Positions 19,475 to 28,018 of a stretch of DNA of 32,000 nucleotides are shown here, in pieces. Source of the stretch: Aquifex aeolicus VF5. Lineage in GTDB: Bacteria; Aquificota; Aquificia; Aquificales; Aquificaceae. The notes beneath the pieces are model-generated. The model did no database searches. It had not been told where the DNA came from and saw only the letters and a list, made by a program, of their open reading frames with translations. The number at the start of each line of letters is the position of its first letter. Position 1 is the first letter of the stretch. The DNA is taken from assembly GCF_000008625.1 (NCBI RefSeq), contig NC_000918.1:1050001-1082000 (forward strand), given 5' to 3'. Both the position numbers and the translations under genes were made by a program.

Positions 19475-20802
19475 ACTAAAATCCTTGCCTCCGGATACTT
19501 AATCCTCTGCACTTCAGACCTGCCCGTGAGAGCTAGGGCAAAACCCAGAATGCCCAACCTTCCCACAAGCATCGTAATTATTATCACAATTTTCCCAAGC
19601 GGCGAAAAATCCGCACAGAAACTCAAGCCTTCCGGATTTCCGATGGAAAGCCCTACGGTGGAAAAGGCAGAAACTACTTCAAACATCGTGTAAAGAAAGT
19701 CCTTATTCTCAAACTTATCGAGCATCAGGTTAACGAAGTTTATAAAGAAAATTGAGAGCGAGAGTATAACGAGAGCCTTCTTTATAGTGCTTTCGGGAAC
19801 ACTCCTTTCGAATATCACGCTCTGTTCCCTTCCTCTTACAAAGGAGTAAACGGCTATAAGAATAACAACGAATGTAGTCGTTTTTATGCCTCCTCCCGTG
19901 CCTCCCGGAGAAGCACCTATAAACATTAATATCATTAATAAAAACTGGGAAGATTCACTCATATCTATTAAATCCACGGTACTAAACCCTGCAGTCCTTG
20001 AAGAAACGCTCATAAAGTAAGAGGAGAGAATCCTTTCGTACCAGTCGTACTGCCACAGTCCTTTATAATTTCCGAACTCCGTGAATATAAGTCCCACCGT
20101 TCCCAGAAGGATTAATAAAACACTCGTTATCATAACAAGCTTTGTATGAACTGAAAGTCTTGGAACCTTTTTTGTGTACCAGAGGTATATATCGTTTACC
20201 ACGAAAAAACCTATTCCTCCGAGTATTATCAGGAAAGAAATAACAAGGTTTACGAATAAATCTCCACGGAAATCCAGAAGTCCATTTTTGAAAGTTGAAA
20301 AACCCGCGTTGTTAAACGCGGAAACCGAGTGAAAGATGCCGTTAAAAACTGGGTCTTCTACACCTTTTAGGGAAAAGTAAATACTGAGTAAAATCGCTCC
20401 CGTGAGTTCCGTAATGAAGACAAAGGAAAATACTCTCTTGAGGAATCTTATTAATCCGTGCATACTCGGGTATTCCAGAGATTCAGCGAGTATAAGTCTC
20501 TCTTTGAGTCCTATTCTGCGTCCGAGGAGAACCAAAAAGAAGGTTGAAAGTGTCATGTATCCGAGTCCGCCGACCTGAATGAGGAAAAGGATTACGAGTT
20601 TGCCAAAAAGGGTAAAGTCCGAGTAAGTGTCCAGAACCGCGAGTCCTGTAACAGTTACCGCCGAGGTTGCGGTAAAGAGGGCATCTAAGAAGGATATTGG
20701 TCTAGTTGTGGAAATGGGAAGGTATAAAAGCAAAGCACCGACTAGTATAAGGAGGGAGAAGGAAAAGAGAAGTGTACGAGATGGGTTTAACTTTTTTACC
20801 AC
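19471..20802 (-). CDS. TrkH/KtrB-family potassium transporter membrane subunit
   Basis: LDALFTATSAVTVTGLAVLDTYSDFT, GGLGYMTLSTF, FHSVSAFNNAGFSTF, SVSSRTAGFSTVDL, GASPGGTGGGIKTTTF, EVVSAFSTVGLSIG. Confidence 0.95.
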   Translation of the reverse strand: MVKKLNPSRTLLFSFSLLILVGALLLYLPISTTRPISFLDALFTATSAVTVTGLAVLDTYSDFTLFGKLVILFLIQVGGLGYMTLSTFFLVLLGRRIGLKERLILAESLEYPSMHGLIRFLKRVFSFVFITELTGAILLSIYFSLKGVEDPVFNGIFHSVSAFNNAGFSTFKNGLLDFRGDLFVNLVISFLIILGGIGFFVVNDIYLWYTKKVPRLSVHTKLVMITSVLLILLGTVGLIFTEFGNYKGLWQYDWYERILSSYFMSVSSRTAGFSTVDLIDMSESSQFLLMILMFIGASPGGTGGGIKTTTFVVILIAVYSFVRGREQSVIFERSVPESTIKKALVILSLSIFFINFVNLMLDKFENKDFLYTMFEVVSAFSTVGLSIGNPEGLSFCADFSPLGKIVIIITMLVGRLGILGFALALTGRSEVQRIKYPEARILV

Positions 20803-22886
20803 TTGAGTTCGTTGGCTTTTGAGTAGGTCTGAGGCTTTGCCTGGAAGAAGTCCGTTTTAGTGTTGTTTATCTTTCTAAACTCGTCTATCCACTTTAAGGG
20901 GTTTTCTGTAACCTCTGGATATATCGGATCAAAGCCGATCTGAGTAATCCTCAGGTTTCCGAGATACTTTATATACCTCTCTATCAAGACGTCGTTAATA
21001 CCGAGTATCTGGTTCTGGGTAACATACTGCCCCCATTTGATTTCTTCGTTCACCGCGTACTTGAAGTACTCCACTATCCACTTTTCTATCTCAGGCGTAA
21101 ATAATTCGGGATTTTCTTTCCTGAGTGTGTTTATTATGTTCCTGAAGAGCGTAACGTGGCAGTTGCCCGCAATACAAACGCTGTCTTTGTATCTCACAAC
21201 TATGTTCCCTTTGGGAACGCTCACGCAGTACACCTTACCTTTGTAGTAGAACTCTTCCTTCACCATTGTTTGGGTATTTATGTAGTCGTCCTCTAGGTAA
21301 ATCCATATCCTGTAAACGGGGTTTTTCGCCTTCGGATTTCTCTCTCTACTGACAACAGTTCTCATACCTCCCAGAGCACAAAGTGCCTGCACAAAGTCCT
21401 TGTTTCTTTTTTCTTTTGTGGAGTAATAATAAACCTTCTTTTTATTCCTGTCTTTCGGAATGTGTCCGTCCCACTTGACGAGTTCTTCCACAAATTCCCT
21501 TATCCATTCTTCCGTTATCTCATCAAGTCTCACCCATTCGTCAAAGAACTTAGTAGGCTTTATCGGAAGGTCATTCGGATAGTAAACTGTGTAAGCAATT
21601 CCGTCTTGGCGCTCGTACTTTTTCCATTTAATTCCGTAAGGTGCACATTCATTGAGTATTTTTTCAAACTCGTTAATCTTTCTATACTTTGAGAAGAAGA
21701 ACTTTAATTGTTGGAAGCCTGTGAACTTTCCATTTCTCTTACTGTCTATTGTCCCGTCCGCCTGAAGAACTATCAGGAGTTTTTCTATCGGTGTTAACTT
21801 ATTCTTCACAGCACTCCTCGTTTTAAGAGTTATACCTTTTCCGCTTACGAGTTCCCAGAGGTCGTACTCTTCCACTTCTCCCGTGTACCTTCCCGCAACG
21901 GGAATTGCAGAGTAGGGATGTAGTTTTACCTTTTCTATCGGTTCCTTTCTCTCCTTTCCTGTTTTCAGGTTCCTTACTATGAACTCGTGCCCTTCAGTAG
22001 CTACTACTTCCCAGTTGCTTTTAGGATGTTTTAATCTGTACATAGAACCCTCGTAATCCCTTTCAACGTAGGCGTAAGGTTTTGTCCAGGAAATTTCCCC
22101 TGTTTCTATATCGTACTGAGCTACAAGATCGTCTTCCCTCAGCTCCCTGAAATCAACGAACCCCCTCTTCGTCAAAACCTCCGTTCCCTCAATGAAGCAG
22201 AGCTCATCCCTGTTGATATATTTGATTTGCTGTACAGTGTTTCTCATTTTGCCCTGTCTTCCCAGTGTGTAGAAGAAGGCAAATCCAGAGTAAAAGTACA
22301 GGCTCTCGAGTATGTAGTTCCCTATTGTTGCCTTTATAAAGTTTTCTTCGTTGGGTTTTCTAATGAATTCGTTGTACAGCTCTGCTATTACTTTATTCCT
22401 TTCCAGAAGTCTTTCATCCTCCCGCCAGTAGTTGTAAATCTCGTCCGCTTTAACCGGATCAACTACAGACTCGAGTATGAACTGGTAAGAGTACGCGTGG
22501 ACGGATTCCTGAAATTCCTGAGCTGTTATGGCCATTTCTACTTCGGGGGCGGTTATCATCCTTCCGAACTCTTTAAGCATGTCCACTTGAAAGGAGTCAA
22601 GGGCTATGAGGAAGGAAAGGACGAGTTCGTATGCCCTCTTTTCGTAGTCTGATAGAACGGTCTCGTACTGTTTCCTGTCTTCAAGCATCTGTATCTCTTC
22701 GGGTATCCAGAAGTTTGTAAAGCCCATTAACTTGTAAAGGTCAAAAGCCCAGGAATACTTTATCTCGTTAAGTTCAAATATGTTTGTCGGGTTTCCCTTT
22801 ATTATCTTCCTTTTGCTCGCCTCCCTGTCTCCTTGAGGGTTGAAAATGAGTTTTCTGACAAGCTCATTTTTTTCTGTCTTTTCCAT
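20796..22886 (-). CDS. nrdB: Class I ribonucleoside-diphosphate reductase beta subunit with in-frame intein (exteins 229 + 121 aa)
   Basis: N-extein EVEMAITAQEFQESVHAYSYQFI, C-extein CHVTLFRNIINTLRKE…ILGINDVLIERYIKYLGNLRITQIG; joined YINRDEL|CHVTLF reconstitutes the R2 ExxH metal-ligand motif. Confidence 0.96.
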   Translation of the reverse strand: MEKTEKNELVRKLIFNPQGDREASKRKIIKGNPTNIFELNEIKYSWAFDLYKLMGFTNFWIPEEIQMLEDRKQYETVLSDYEKRAYELVLSFLIALDSFQVDMLKEFGRMITAPEVEMAITAQEFQESVHAYSYQFILESVVDPVKADEIYNYWREDERLLERNKVIAELYNEFIRKPNEENFIKATIGNYILESLYFYSGFAFFYTLGRQGKMRNTVQQIKYINRDELCFIEGTEVLTKRGFVDFRELREDDLVAQYDIETGEISWTKPYAYVERDYEGSMYRLKHPKSNWEVVATEGHEFIVRNLKTGKERKEPIEKVKLHPYSAIPVAGRYTGEVEEYDLWELVSGKGITLKTRSAVKNKLTPIEKLLIVLQADGTIDSKRNGKFTGFQQLKFFFSKYRKINEFEKILNECAPYGIKWKKYERQDGIAYTVYYPNDLPIKPTKFFDEWVRLDEITEEWIREFVEELVKWDGHIPKDRNKKKVYYYSTKEKRNKDFVQALCALGGMRTVVSRERNPKAKNPVYRIWIYLEDDYINTQTMVKEEFYYKGKVYCVSVPKGNIVVRYKDSVCIAGNCHVTLFRNIINTLRKENPELFTPEIEKWIVEYFKYAVNEEIKWGQYVTQNQILGINDVLIERYIKYLGNLRITQIGFDPIYPEVTENPLKWIDEFRKINNTKTDFFQAKPQTYSKANELKW
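21162..22199 (-). other. Intein (346 aa) with LAGLIDADG/DOD homing-endonuclease domain, inserted in nrdB (RIR2-type)
   Basis: Starts at Cys codon TGC (22199-22197), block A CFIEGTEVLTKRGFVDF, block B VVATEGHEFI, block C KLLIVLQADGTID, block E FVEELVKWDGHIP, block F VYCVSVPKGN, ends IAGN before +1 Cys (21161-21159). Translated index: residues 230-575 of 696. Confidence 0.95.
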
Positions 22887-22991
22887 TTGGTTTACCTCCT
22901 GAAGGGTGGAGTGTTGCCCCGAAAATAAATCCTAAATCCTTCCACAGGAATTTGGAAGTAGAAAATTCATGAAAAGAGGTGTTATAATAAC

Positions 22992-23630
22992 TTAAATTTT
23001 CCTGACGAGGAATATCCCATCCCTTACCGTGAGAAGGACTTTCTCCACTCTTGGATCTTCCTTTATCATCTCGTTCATCCTTGCTATGGCTTTACTTCTG
23101 TTGTCGTCCGGTTCAAGAACTTTTCCTTCCCAGAGGGCGTTGTCTATCGCCATAAGCCTGCCCTTTTTTAGGAGTTCAAGGCACTTCTCATAATAGTAAG
23201 GGTAAGAGGACTTGTCAGCGTCTATAAAGATGAAGTCAAAGCTCTCTTTTTTAAATTCTTCAAGCACTTTTCTTGCGTCTCCCACGATTACTTCAATTTT
23301 CTTTCCCCACGGAGCTCTTTCTATGAAGCTTTTAGCCATTTGGGCGTATTCGGGATTTACCTCTATTGTCGTGAGTTTACCGTCTTCTGGAAGCCCCTGA
23401 GCCATCATGAGGGCGGAAAAGCCCGTAAATGTTCCTATCTCAAGCACTCTTTTCGCTCCCGATATTTCCACGAGCATCTTCAGGAAGTTTCCCTCCGCCC
23501 TTCCCACCATCATCTGGGGGAGGTCCGTATTTTTATAAGTAAACTCCACGAGTTCTTCCAAAATTGGGTGTAGCTCGGAAGAGTGTTCTTCAGCATAAGC
23601 CTCTATCTCTTCAGGACAAATGAACGCCAT
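22992..23630 (-). CDS. SAM-dependent O-methyltransferase (caffeoyl-CoA/COMT type)
   Basis: AKRVLEIGTFTGFSALMMAQGLPEDGKLTTIEVNPEYAQMAKSF…FDFIFIDADKSSYPYYYEKCLELLKKGRLMAIDNALWEGKV. Confidence 0.92.
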   Translation of the reverse strand: MAFICPEEIEAYAEEHSSELHPILEELVEFTYKNTDLPQMMVGRAEGNFLKMLVEISGAKRVLEIGTFTGFSALMMAQGLPEDGKLTTIEVNPEYAQMAKSFIERAPWGKKIEVIVGDARKVLEEFKKESFDFIFIDADKSSYPYYYEKCLELLKKGRLMAIDNALWEGKVLEPDDNRSKAIARMNEMIKEDPRVEKVLLTVRDGIFLVRKI

Positions 23631-24489
23631 AATCTAAATTATAAAGTGCAAGTTCCTTTAGGATTTGTCTTACGTGTTCCTGTCCCCTTGCAGGTTCAAT
23701 AAGCTTGTTCCCGAGCTTTACACCTACAGAATAACCTTCCTTTGAGAGTTTCAGAACCAAATATGTGAGCTTGGAAAGCTTTGTTTCCAAATCCCCACTC
23801 ACGCTGTCCAGAGAAAGGATAATGGGGTTCTGTTCTTCCGTAAGCATTTCCTTTACCTTCAGTTCTCCAAGTCTTGCGGAAGCCTTCCAATGGATTAACT
23901 TCATAGGCTCACCCACGTAATCCCTTATCTCTTTCACTTCTTCATAACCTTTTACTACGCTGGAGCTTTGCTTCTCCCCCTCTTCTTCCTTCATAGTTTT
24001 GGGGTTGAAAGTGGTCGGTATGGGTTTGGGAAAGACGATTAACTTTATTCTTACATCCTTTTCATATTCCCTCCTGAACATACCGAAAGGAAAGTCGGAG
24101 CTTATCTTTACTTTTACCTTTTCGTAGTAACCTCTTTTTTGGAATAAAAACTTTATCTTTTCTGAAACCCATTCTCTTGAAACTTTAGGAAATATAACTT
24201 CATCAATTTTATTTGAAACTTTTATTAAAAAGGAGGTATATCGTGCGTTTTTCCTAAGACTAACGGTTGCAAAAGTAGGAGTTTGGGCGAAAACTTCTTC
24301 GGGAAATTTTATCCTCACATCAATATTCTTCAAGTTATAAAGGGAAATTACACCGGAAATTAGCATTCCCGCAAGAAGAAAAGAAACCACTATGTAAAGT
24401 CCGTTATTTGCAGTGTTTGCTGCAGCAACTCCTAAGAAAATCGTGAGGAGTATAAGCAATTGTCCCGCTCTATTTACCCTGACTTTCAT
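23611..24489 (-). CDS. DUF58-domain membrane-anchored protein
   Basis: Two N-terminal TM segments and EIRDYVGEPMKLIHWKASARLGELKVKEM characteristic of DUF58. Confidence 0.82.
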   Translation of the reverse strand: MKVRVNRAGQLLILLTIFLGVAAANTANNGLYIVVSFLLAGMLISGVISLYNLKNIDVRIKFPEEVFAQTPTFATVSLRKNARYTSFLIKVSNKIDEVIFPKVSREWVSEKIKFLFQKRGYYEKVKVKISSDFPFGMFRREYEKDVRIKLIVFPKPIPTTFNPKTMKEEEGEKQSSSVVKGYEEVKEIRDYVGEPMKLIHWKASARLGELKVKEMLTEEQNPIILSLDSVSGDLETKLSKLTYLVLKLSKEGYSVGVKLGNKLIEPARGQEHVRQILKELALYNLDYGVHLS

Positions 24490-25465
24490 GCCTTTGCTTC
24501 CTCAAAAGGGCATCTCCAAGTAGGTTGAAGGCGAGTATCGTTAGGAATATGGCAACTCCCGGTGAGGCAAGCCAGGGGTAAAAGGTTAGTACGCTTACGT
24601 TTCTCACCTCAGAGAGCATATTACCCCAGCTCGGAACGGGCTCCTGTATTCCGAGTCCCAAAAGCGAGAGGGAAGCCTCACCCAGTATGAAGGCAGGTAT
24701 AGACATGGTAGCGGAAACTATAAGGTAGAAGTACGTATTCGGTAGAATGTGTTTAAAGATAATCCTTAAAGAAGAAGCTCCGTAAGTTTTGGCGGCAAGG
24801 ACGAATTCCTTCTCCCTTATGGACAAAACCATCCCCCTCACCACTCTCGCAAGCCCGGCCCAACCAAGGAAAGAAAGGATAAACACGATAATCAGAAACA
24901 CTTCACCACTTGAGAGTTCTAAGGGAAATACGGAACGGAGTGAAAGTAAAAGGTAAAAGGCAGGTATGGACATTAGAATTTCCACGAGTCTCATTATCAA
25001 AGTATCTACCTTTCCCCCGAAGTAGCCAGAAATCCCTCCGACAAGAGCGCCTATAAAGAAGGTAGTAAAGGTCCCGATAAGGGCTACTCCCAAGGAGTAC
25101 CTACCGCCGTAAAGGAGTCTTGAGAATACGTCCCTTCCAAGCTTGTCCGTTCCCAGAAGGTAAAGATTGCAGGGTTTTCCAACGCTTACGAACTTAAAGC
25201 CGTACTCTGTTTTTGTAAAAAACTTCAGTCTGCAAGAAATGTTCTTATTTTCTCTGTAAACCTTAAAAAGAGAATCCACGAGCTCGTACTTGTTCACGTA
25301 AGGGAATGTTAGTTTTCCGTCCTTAAAGAAGTGTATCCTCGTGGGAGGGTGGTAAGGTGCATTTCTGTTCTGGAGTTCATAAGGATACGGAGCGAAGAAA
25401 TCCGCAAAAGTGATTAAGAAGAGTATCAGCCCAATTAAAGAGAGGGAAAACTTTACAGCGAACAT
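24470..25465 (-). CDS. Oligopeptide/dipeptide ABC transporter permease (OppC/DppC family)
   Basis: LLGTDKLGRDVFSRLLYGGRYSLGVALI; EAA loop FVLAAKTYGASSLRIIFKHILPNT; ASLSLLGLGIQEPVPSWGNMLSE. Confidence 0.92.
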   Translation of the reverse strand: MFAVKFSLSLIGLILFLITFADFFAPYPYELQNRNAPYHPPTRIHFFKDGKLTFPYVNKYELVDSLFKVYRENKNISCRLKFFTKTEYGFKFVSVGKPCNLYLLGTDKLGRDVFSRLLYGGRYSLGVALIGTFTTFFIGALVGGISGYFGGKVDTLIMRLVEILMSIPAFYLLLSLRSVFPLELSSGEVFLIIVFILSFLGWAGLARVVRGMVLSIREKEFVLAAKTYGASSLRIIFKHILPNTYFYLIVSATMSIPAFILGEASLSLLGLGIQEPVPSWGNMLSEVRNVSVLTFYPWLASPGVAIFLTILAFNLLGDALLRKQRHESQGK

Positions 25466-26124
25466 CAGTCCCAGTAACCTAATTTTAAGGAAAGTTCAAG
25501 GGCAACTTCTTGCAAGGTGGGTTTTATTTCTTTCTCCACTCTGTCAAAAGGCATCCTGTAAATGGGGGCTATTATCTCAACCGCACCGATGGGTCTTCCC
25601 CTGTAGTCCCTTACAACGCAAGCCCCGCCCGCTATTTCCGTCTGGGTGTTGTACTCGTAATCAAATACAAAACCTTTCTCTCCGAGGACCGCCTTTCTGA
25701 GGGCTTTAGCGGAAGCGGTGTAGGCGTCAAGGTCAAATCTCATCCCGAGACGGGATTTCACCTTTACGGGTTTTATCGTTTCTTCTTCTATGACGTAAAC
25801 CACGTACTTTTTCTGGTCGTCAAGGACTGTTAAGTTTACCGTCTCAAGGAGCTTAAAGCGGAGATTTTTAAAAACGGGTTCGGAAAGTTTTATAAGGGGG
25901 TTTTTCTGTATGTAGCCGTATCCCAGTCTTACGGAATTCACTCCGAGTTTGTACTTTTCGGTTTCGGGGTCCTTTTCAACAAGTCCGTGCTCTTCAAAGG
26001 TAATGAGTGCCCTGAAGACGTTGTTTTTACTGAGGTTTAAGTGTTCGCTTATCTCAGTTACACCCGCCTCCCCCTTCTCCATCAGGTACTCAAGAACTGA
26101 AAAGGCTTTCTCTAGGGTTTTCAT
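25465..26124 (-). CDS. IclR-family transcriptional regulator
   Basis: EKAFSVLEYLMEKGEAGVTEISEHLNLSKNNVFRALITFEEHGLVEKD…YKLG; C-terminal IclR effector domain. Confidence 0.9.
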   Translation of the reverse strand: MKTLEKAFSVLEYLMEKGEAGVTEISEHLNLSKNNVFRALITFEEHGLVEKDPETEKYKLGVNSVRLGYGYIQKNPLIKLSEPVFKNLRFKLLETVNLTVLDDQKKYVVYVIEEETIKPVKVKSRLGMRFDLDAYTASAKALRKAVLGEKGFVFDYEYNTQTEIAGGACVVRDYRGRPIGAVEIIAPIYRMPFDRVEKEIKPTLQEVALELSLKLGYWD

Positions 26125-26183
26125 ACTTAAAGATTTTACCTCTAGAGATTTATAACAAAAATCAAAAAGTGTTTTAAATTAAC

Positions 26184-26212
26184 TTGACACACTTCTTCAA
26201 AATGAATAAAAT
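26184..26212 (+). promoter_or_regulatory. Near-perfect sigma70-type promoter for icd (TTGACA - 17 nt - TAAAAT)
   Basis: TTGACA 26184-26189, spacer 26190-26206, TAAAAT 26207-26212; SD GGAGGAG then ATG at 26238. Confidence 0.8.
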
Positions 26213-26237
26213 TACACTCTACTTTCGGAGGAGAGCG

Positions 26238-27518
26238 ATGAATAAAACAACGTTTGAAAATGTTTACTACTGGGAAGGAAAGGCACAAATCCCCCAGGAA
26301 GGGCAGTTTATAAAGCTCAAAGAAGATAAAACCTTAGAAGTTCCAGACAACCCGATAATTCCCTTCATAGAGGGAGATGGGATAGGTCCTGAAATAACGC
26401 AGGCTATGCTCCTTATTATCAACACAGCGGTTGAAAAAACTTACAACGGAAGCAAGAAGATTTACTGGGTAGAACTCCTCGCGGGGGATAAGGCGGAAGA
26501 AAAGACTGGAGAGAGGCTTCCTCAGGAAACCCTGGACGTTTTAAAAGAATCAATAGTAGGTATAAAAGGACCCCTCGGAACGCCCGTAGGAAAAGGTGTC
26601 CGCTCCATAAACTCCGCCCTCAGGAGGGCATTTGATTACTACTCTGCGGTAAGACCCGTTTACTGGATGGGCCAGGCAACTCCGATTCCAAATCCTGAGA
26701 GGGTTGACCTCGTAGTTTTCAGAGAAAACACCGACGACGTCTACGCGGGAGTGGAGTTCTTTGCGGGAACGCCCGAAGCCAAAAAGGTAAGAGAATTCCT
26801 CATAAAGGAGATGGGGGCAAAAGAGGAAGGCTTCCCCGAAGATGTGGGAATAACGGTAAAGCCCATGAGCGAGTTCAAGACAAAGAGACACGTGAGGAAA
26901 GCACTCAGATACGCCCTTGAAAACAACAAGAAGAACGTCGCGGTAATAGGAAAAGGAAACATAATGAAGGCAACGGAAGGGGCCTTCATAAACTGGGCTT
27001 TTGAGGTAGCAGAAGAGCCCGAATTCAAAGGAAAGGTAGTAACGGACCCGGAAGCAGAGCCCGGCGAAGGACAGGTAAAACTCACAAAAGTGATAACCGA
27101 CCAGATGCTTATGCAACTTGTCCTCAAGCCCGAAGCTTGGGACGTGATAATCGCTCAGAACTTGAACGGTGACTACGTTTCCGACCTTGCAGCTTCTCTG
27201 ATAGGAGGTCCAGGATTTGTTCCGAGCGGAAACATAGGGGACGGATATGCCCTCTTTGAAAGCACCCACGGAACAGCTTGGGACATAGCAGGCAAGGGAA
27301 TAGCAAATCCCCTTTCCCTTACACTATCTGGCGCGATGATGCTTGAATACATAGGCTGGAAAGAAGCAGCTCAAAAGGTCTACGACGCAGTAAGAAGAAC
27401 CCTTGCGGAACATATAGGAACGCCCGATATCGCAAGCGGATTCCAGAAACAGGGAATAGAAGCTAAAGCAGTAGGCACGATGGAGTTCGCCGAAGAAATT
27501 TCCAAGAGGATTGAGTAA
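26238..27518 (+). CDS. icd: Isocitrate dehydrogenase (NADP-type family), 426 aa
   Basis: FIEGDGIGPEI, GPLGTPVGKGVRSINSALRRAFDYYSAVRPVYW, NLNGDYVSDLAASLIGGPGFVPSGNIGDGYALFESTHGTAWDIAGKGIANP. Start taken at ATG 26238 with SD. Confidence 0.96.
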   Translation: MNKTTFENVYYWEGKAQIPQEGQFIKLKEDKTLEVPDNPIIPFIEGDGIGPEITQAMLLIINTAVEKTYNGSKKIYWVELLAGDKAEEKTGERLPQETLDVLKESIVGIKGPLGTPVGKGVRSINSALRRAFDYYSAVRPVYWMGQATPIPNPERVDLVVFRENTDDVYAGVEFFAGTPEAKKVREFLIKEMGAKEEGFPEDVGITVKPMSEFKTKRHVRKALRYALENNKKNVAVIGKGNIMKATEGAFINWAFEVAEEPEFKGKVVTDPEAEPGEGQVKLTKVITDQMLMQLVLKPEAWDVIIAQNLNGDYVSDLAASLIGGPGFVPSGNIGDGYALFESTHGTAWDIAGKGIANPLSLTLSGAMMLEYIGWKEAAQKVYDAVRRTLAEHIGTPDIASGFQKQGIEAKAVGTMEFAEEISKRIE

Positions 27519-27543
27519 TTATTCCCTAACAAGGAGGTCATAA

Positions 27544-27960
27544 ATGAAGGTTAAAGTCAAGCAAAAGGAAGACTTTCACTTCATCGGTGTTGGACCTGCG
27601 GGCAGAGAAGTGCCTATAGACGCCGCGGATTACGTTGGAGGGAAAGGAAGAGGTATAAGACCCCCAGAACTTCTCTTCCACTCAGTAGCGGGATGCGTAG
27701 GAATACACCTGTATGAGGCACTCCATAAGGAAGGAAAACACGTTGAAGACATAGAGATAGAAACGGATGCGGAAAGAATTACCGACAGGTATCCCAAAGT
27801 GTTCACCAAAATCTACCTTTTCGTGAAGGTAAAAGGTGATGTTTCAGAAGAAGAGGTGAAAAATGCTCTTGATAAGGTAATCTACAACCCCGGCACTTGT
27901 TCCATAGCTTACATGGTTAACCAAGTAGCTCCCATAGAGTACAAAGTTGAGATCCTGTAA
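27544..27960 (+). CDS. OsmC/Ohr-family protein
   Basis: PPELLFHSVAGCVGIHLYEALHKEGKHVEDIEIETD…NPGTCSIAYMVNQVAPIEYKVEIL; SD AAGGAGGT. Confidence 0.85.
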   Translation: MKVKVKQKEDFHFIGVGPAGREVPIDAADYVGGKGRGIRPPELLFHSVAGCVGIHLYEALHKEGKHVEDIEIETDAERITDRYPKVFTKIYLFVKVKGDVSEEEVKNALDKVIYNPGTCSIAYMVNQVAPIEYKVEIL

Positions 27961-28018
27961 GGAGGTGCTCGTGTCTTTCTTTCGGACTCTTTTTGTTTTA
28001 TAAGCTCGGAGACCTGAG

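Noticed and set aside
26184-26237. N-terminal extension of icd (MTHFFKMNKITLYFRRRA)
   Set aside because: The called TTG start is the TTGACA -35 box itself; the genuine start is ATG 26238 behind GGAGGAG.
26550-27269. 239-aa minus-strand ORF inside icd
   Set aside because: Fully antisense to conserved isocitrate dehydrogenase sequence, with no recognisable motif or independent promoter/SD support.
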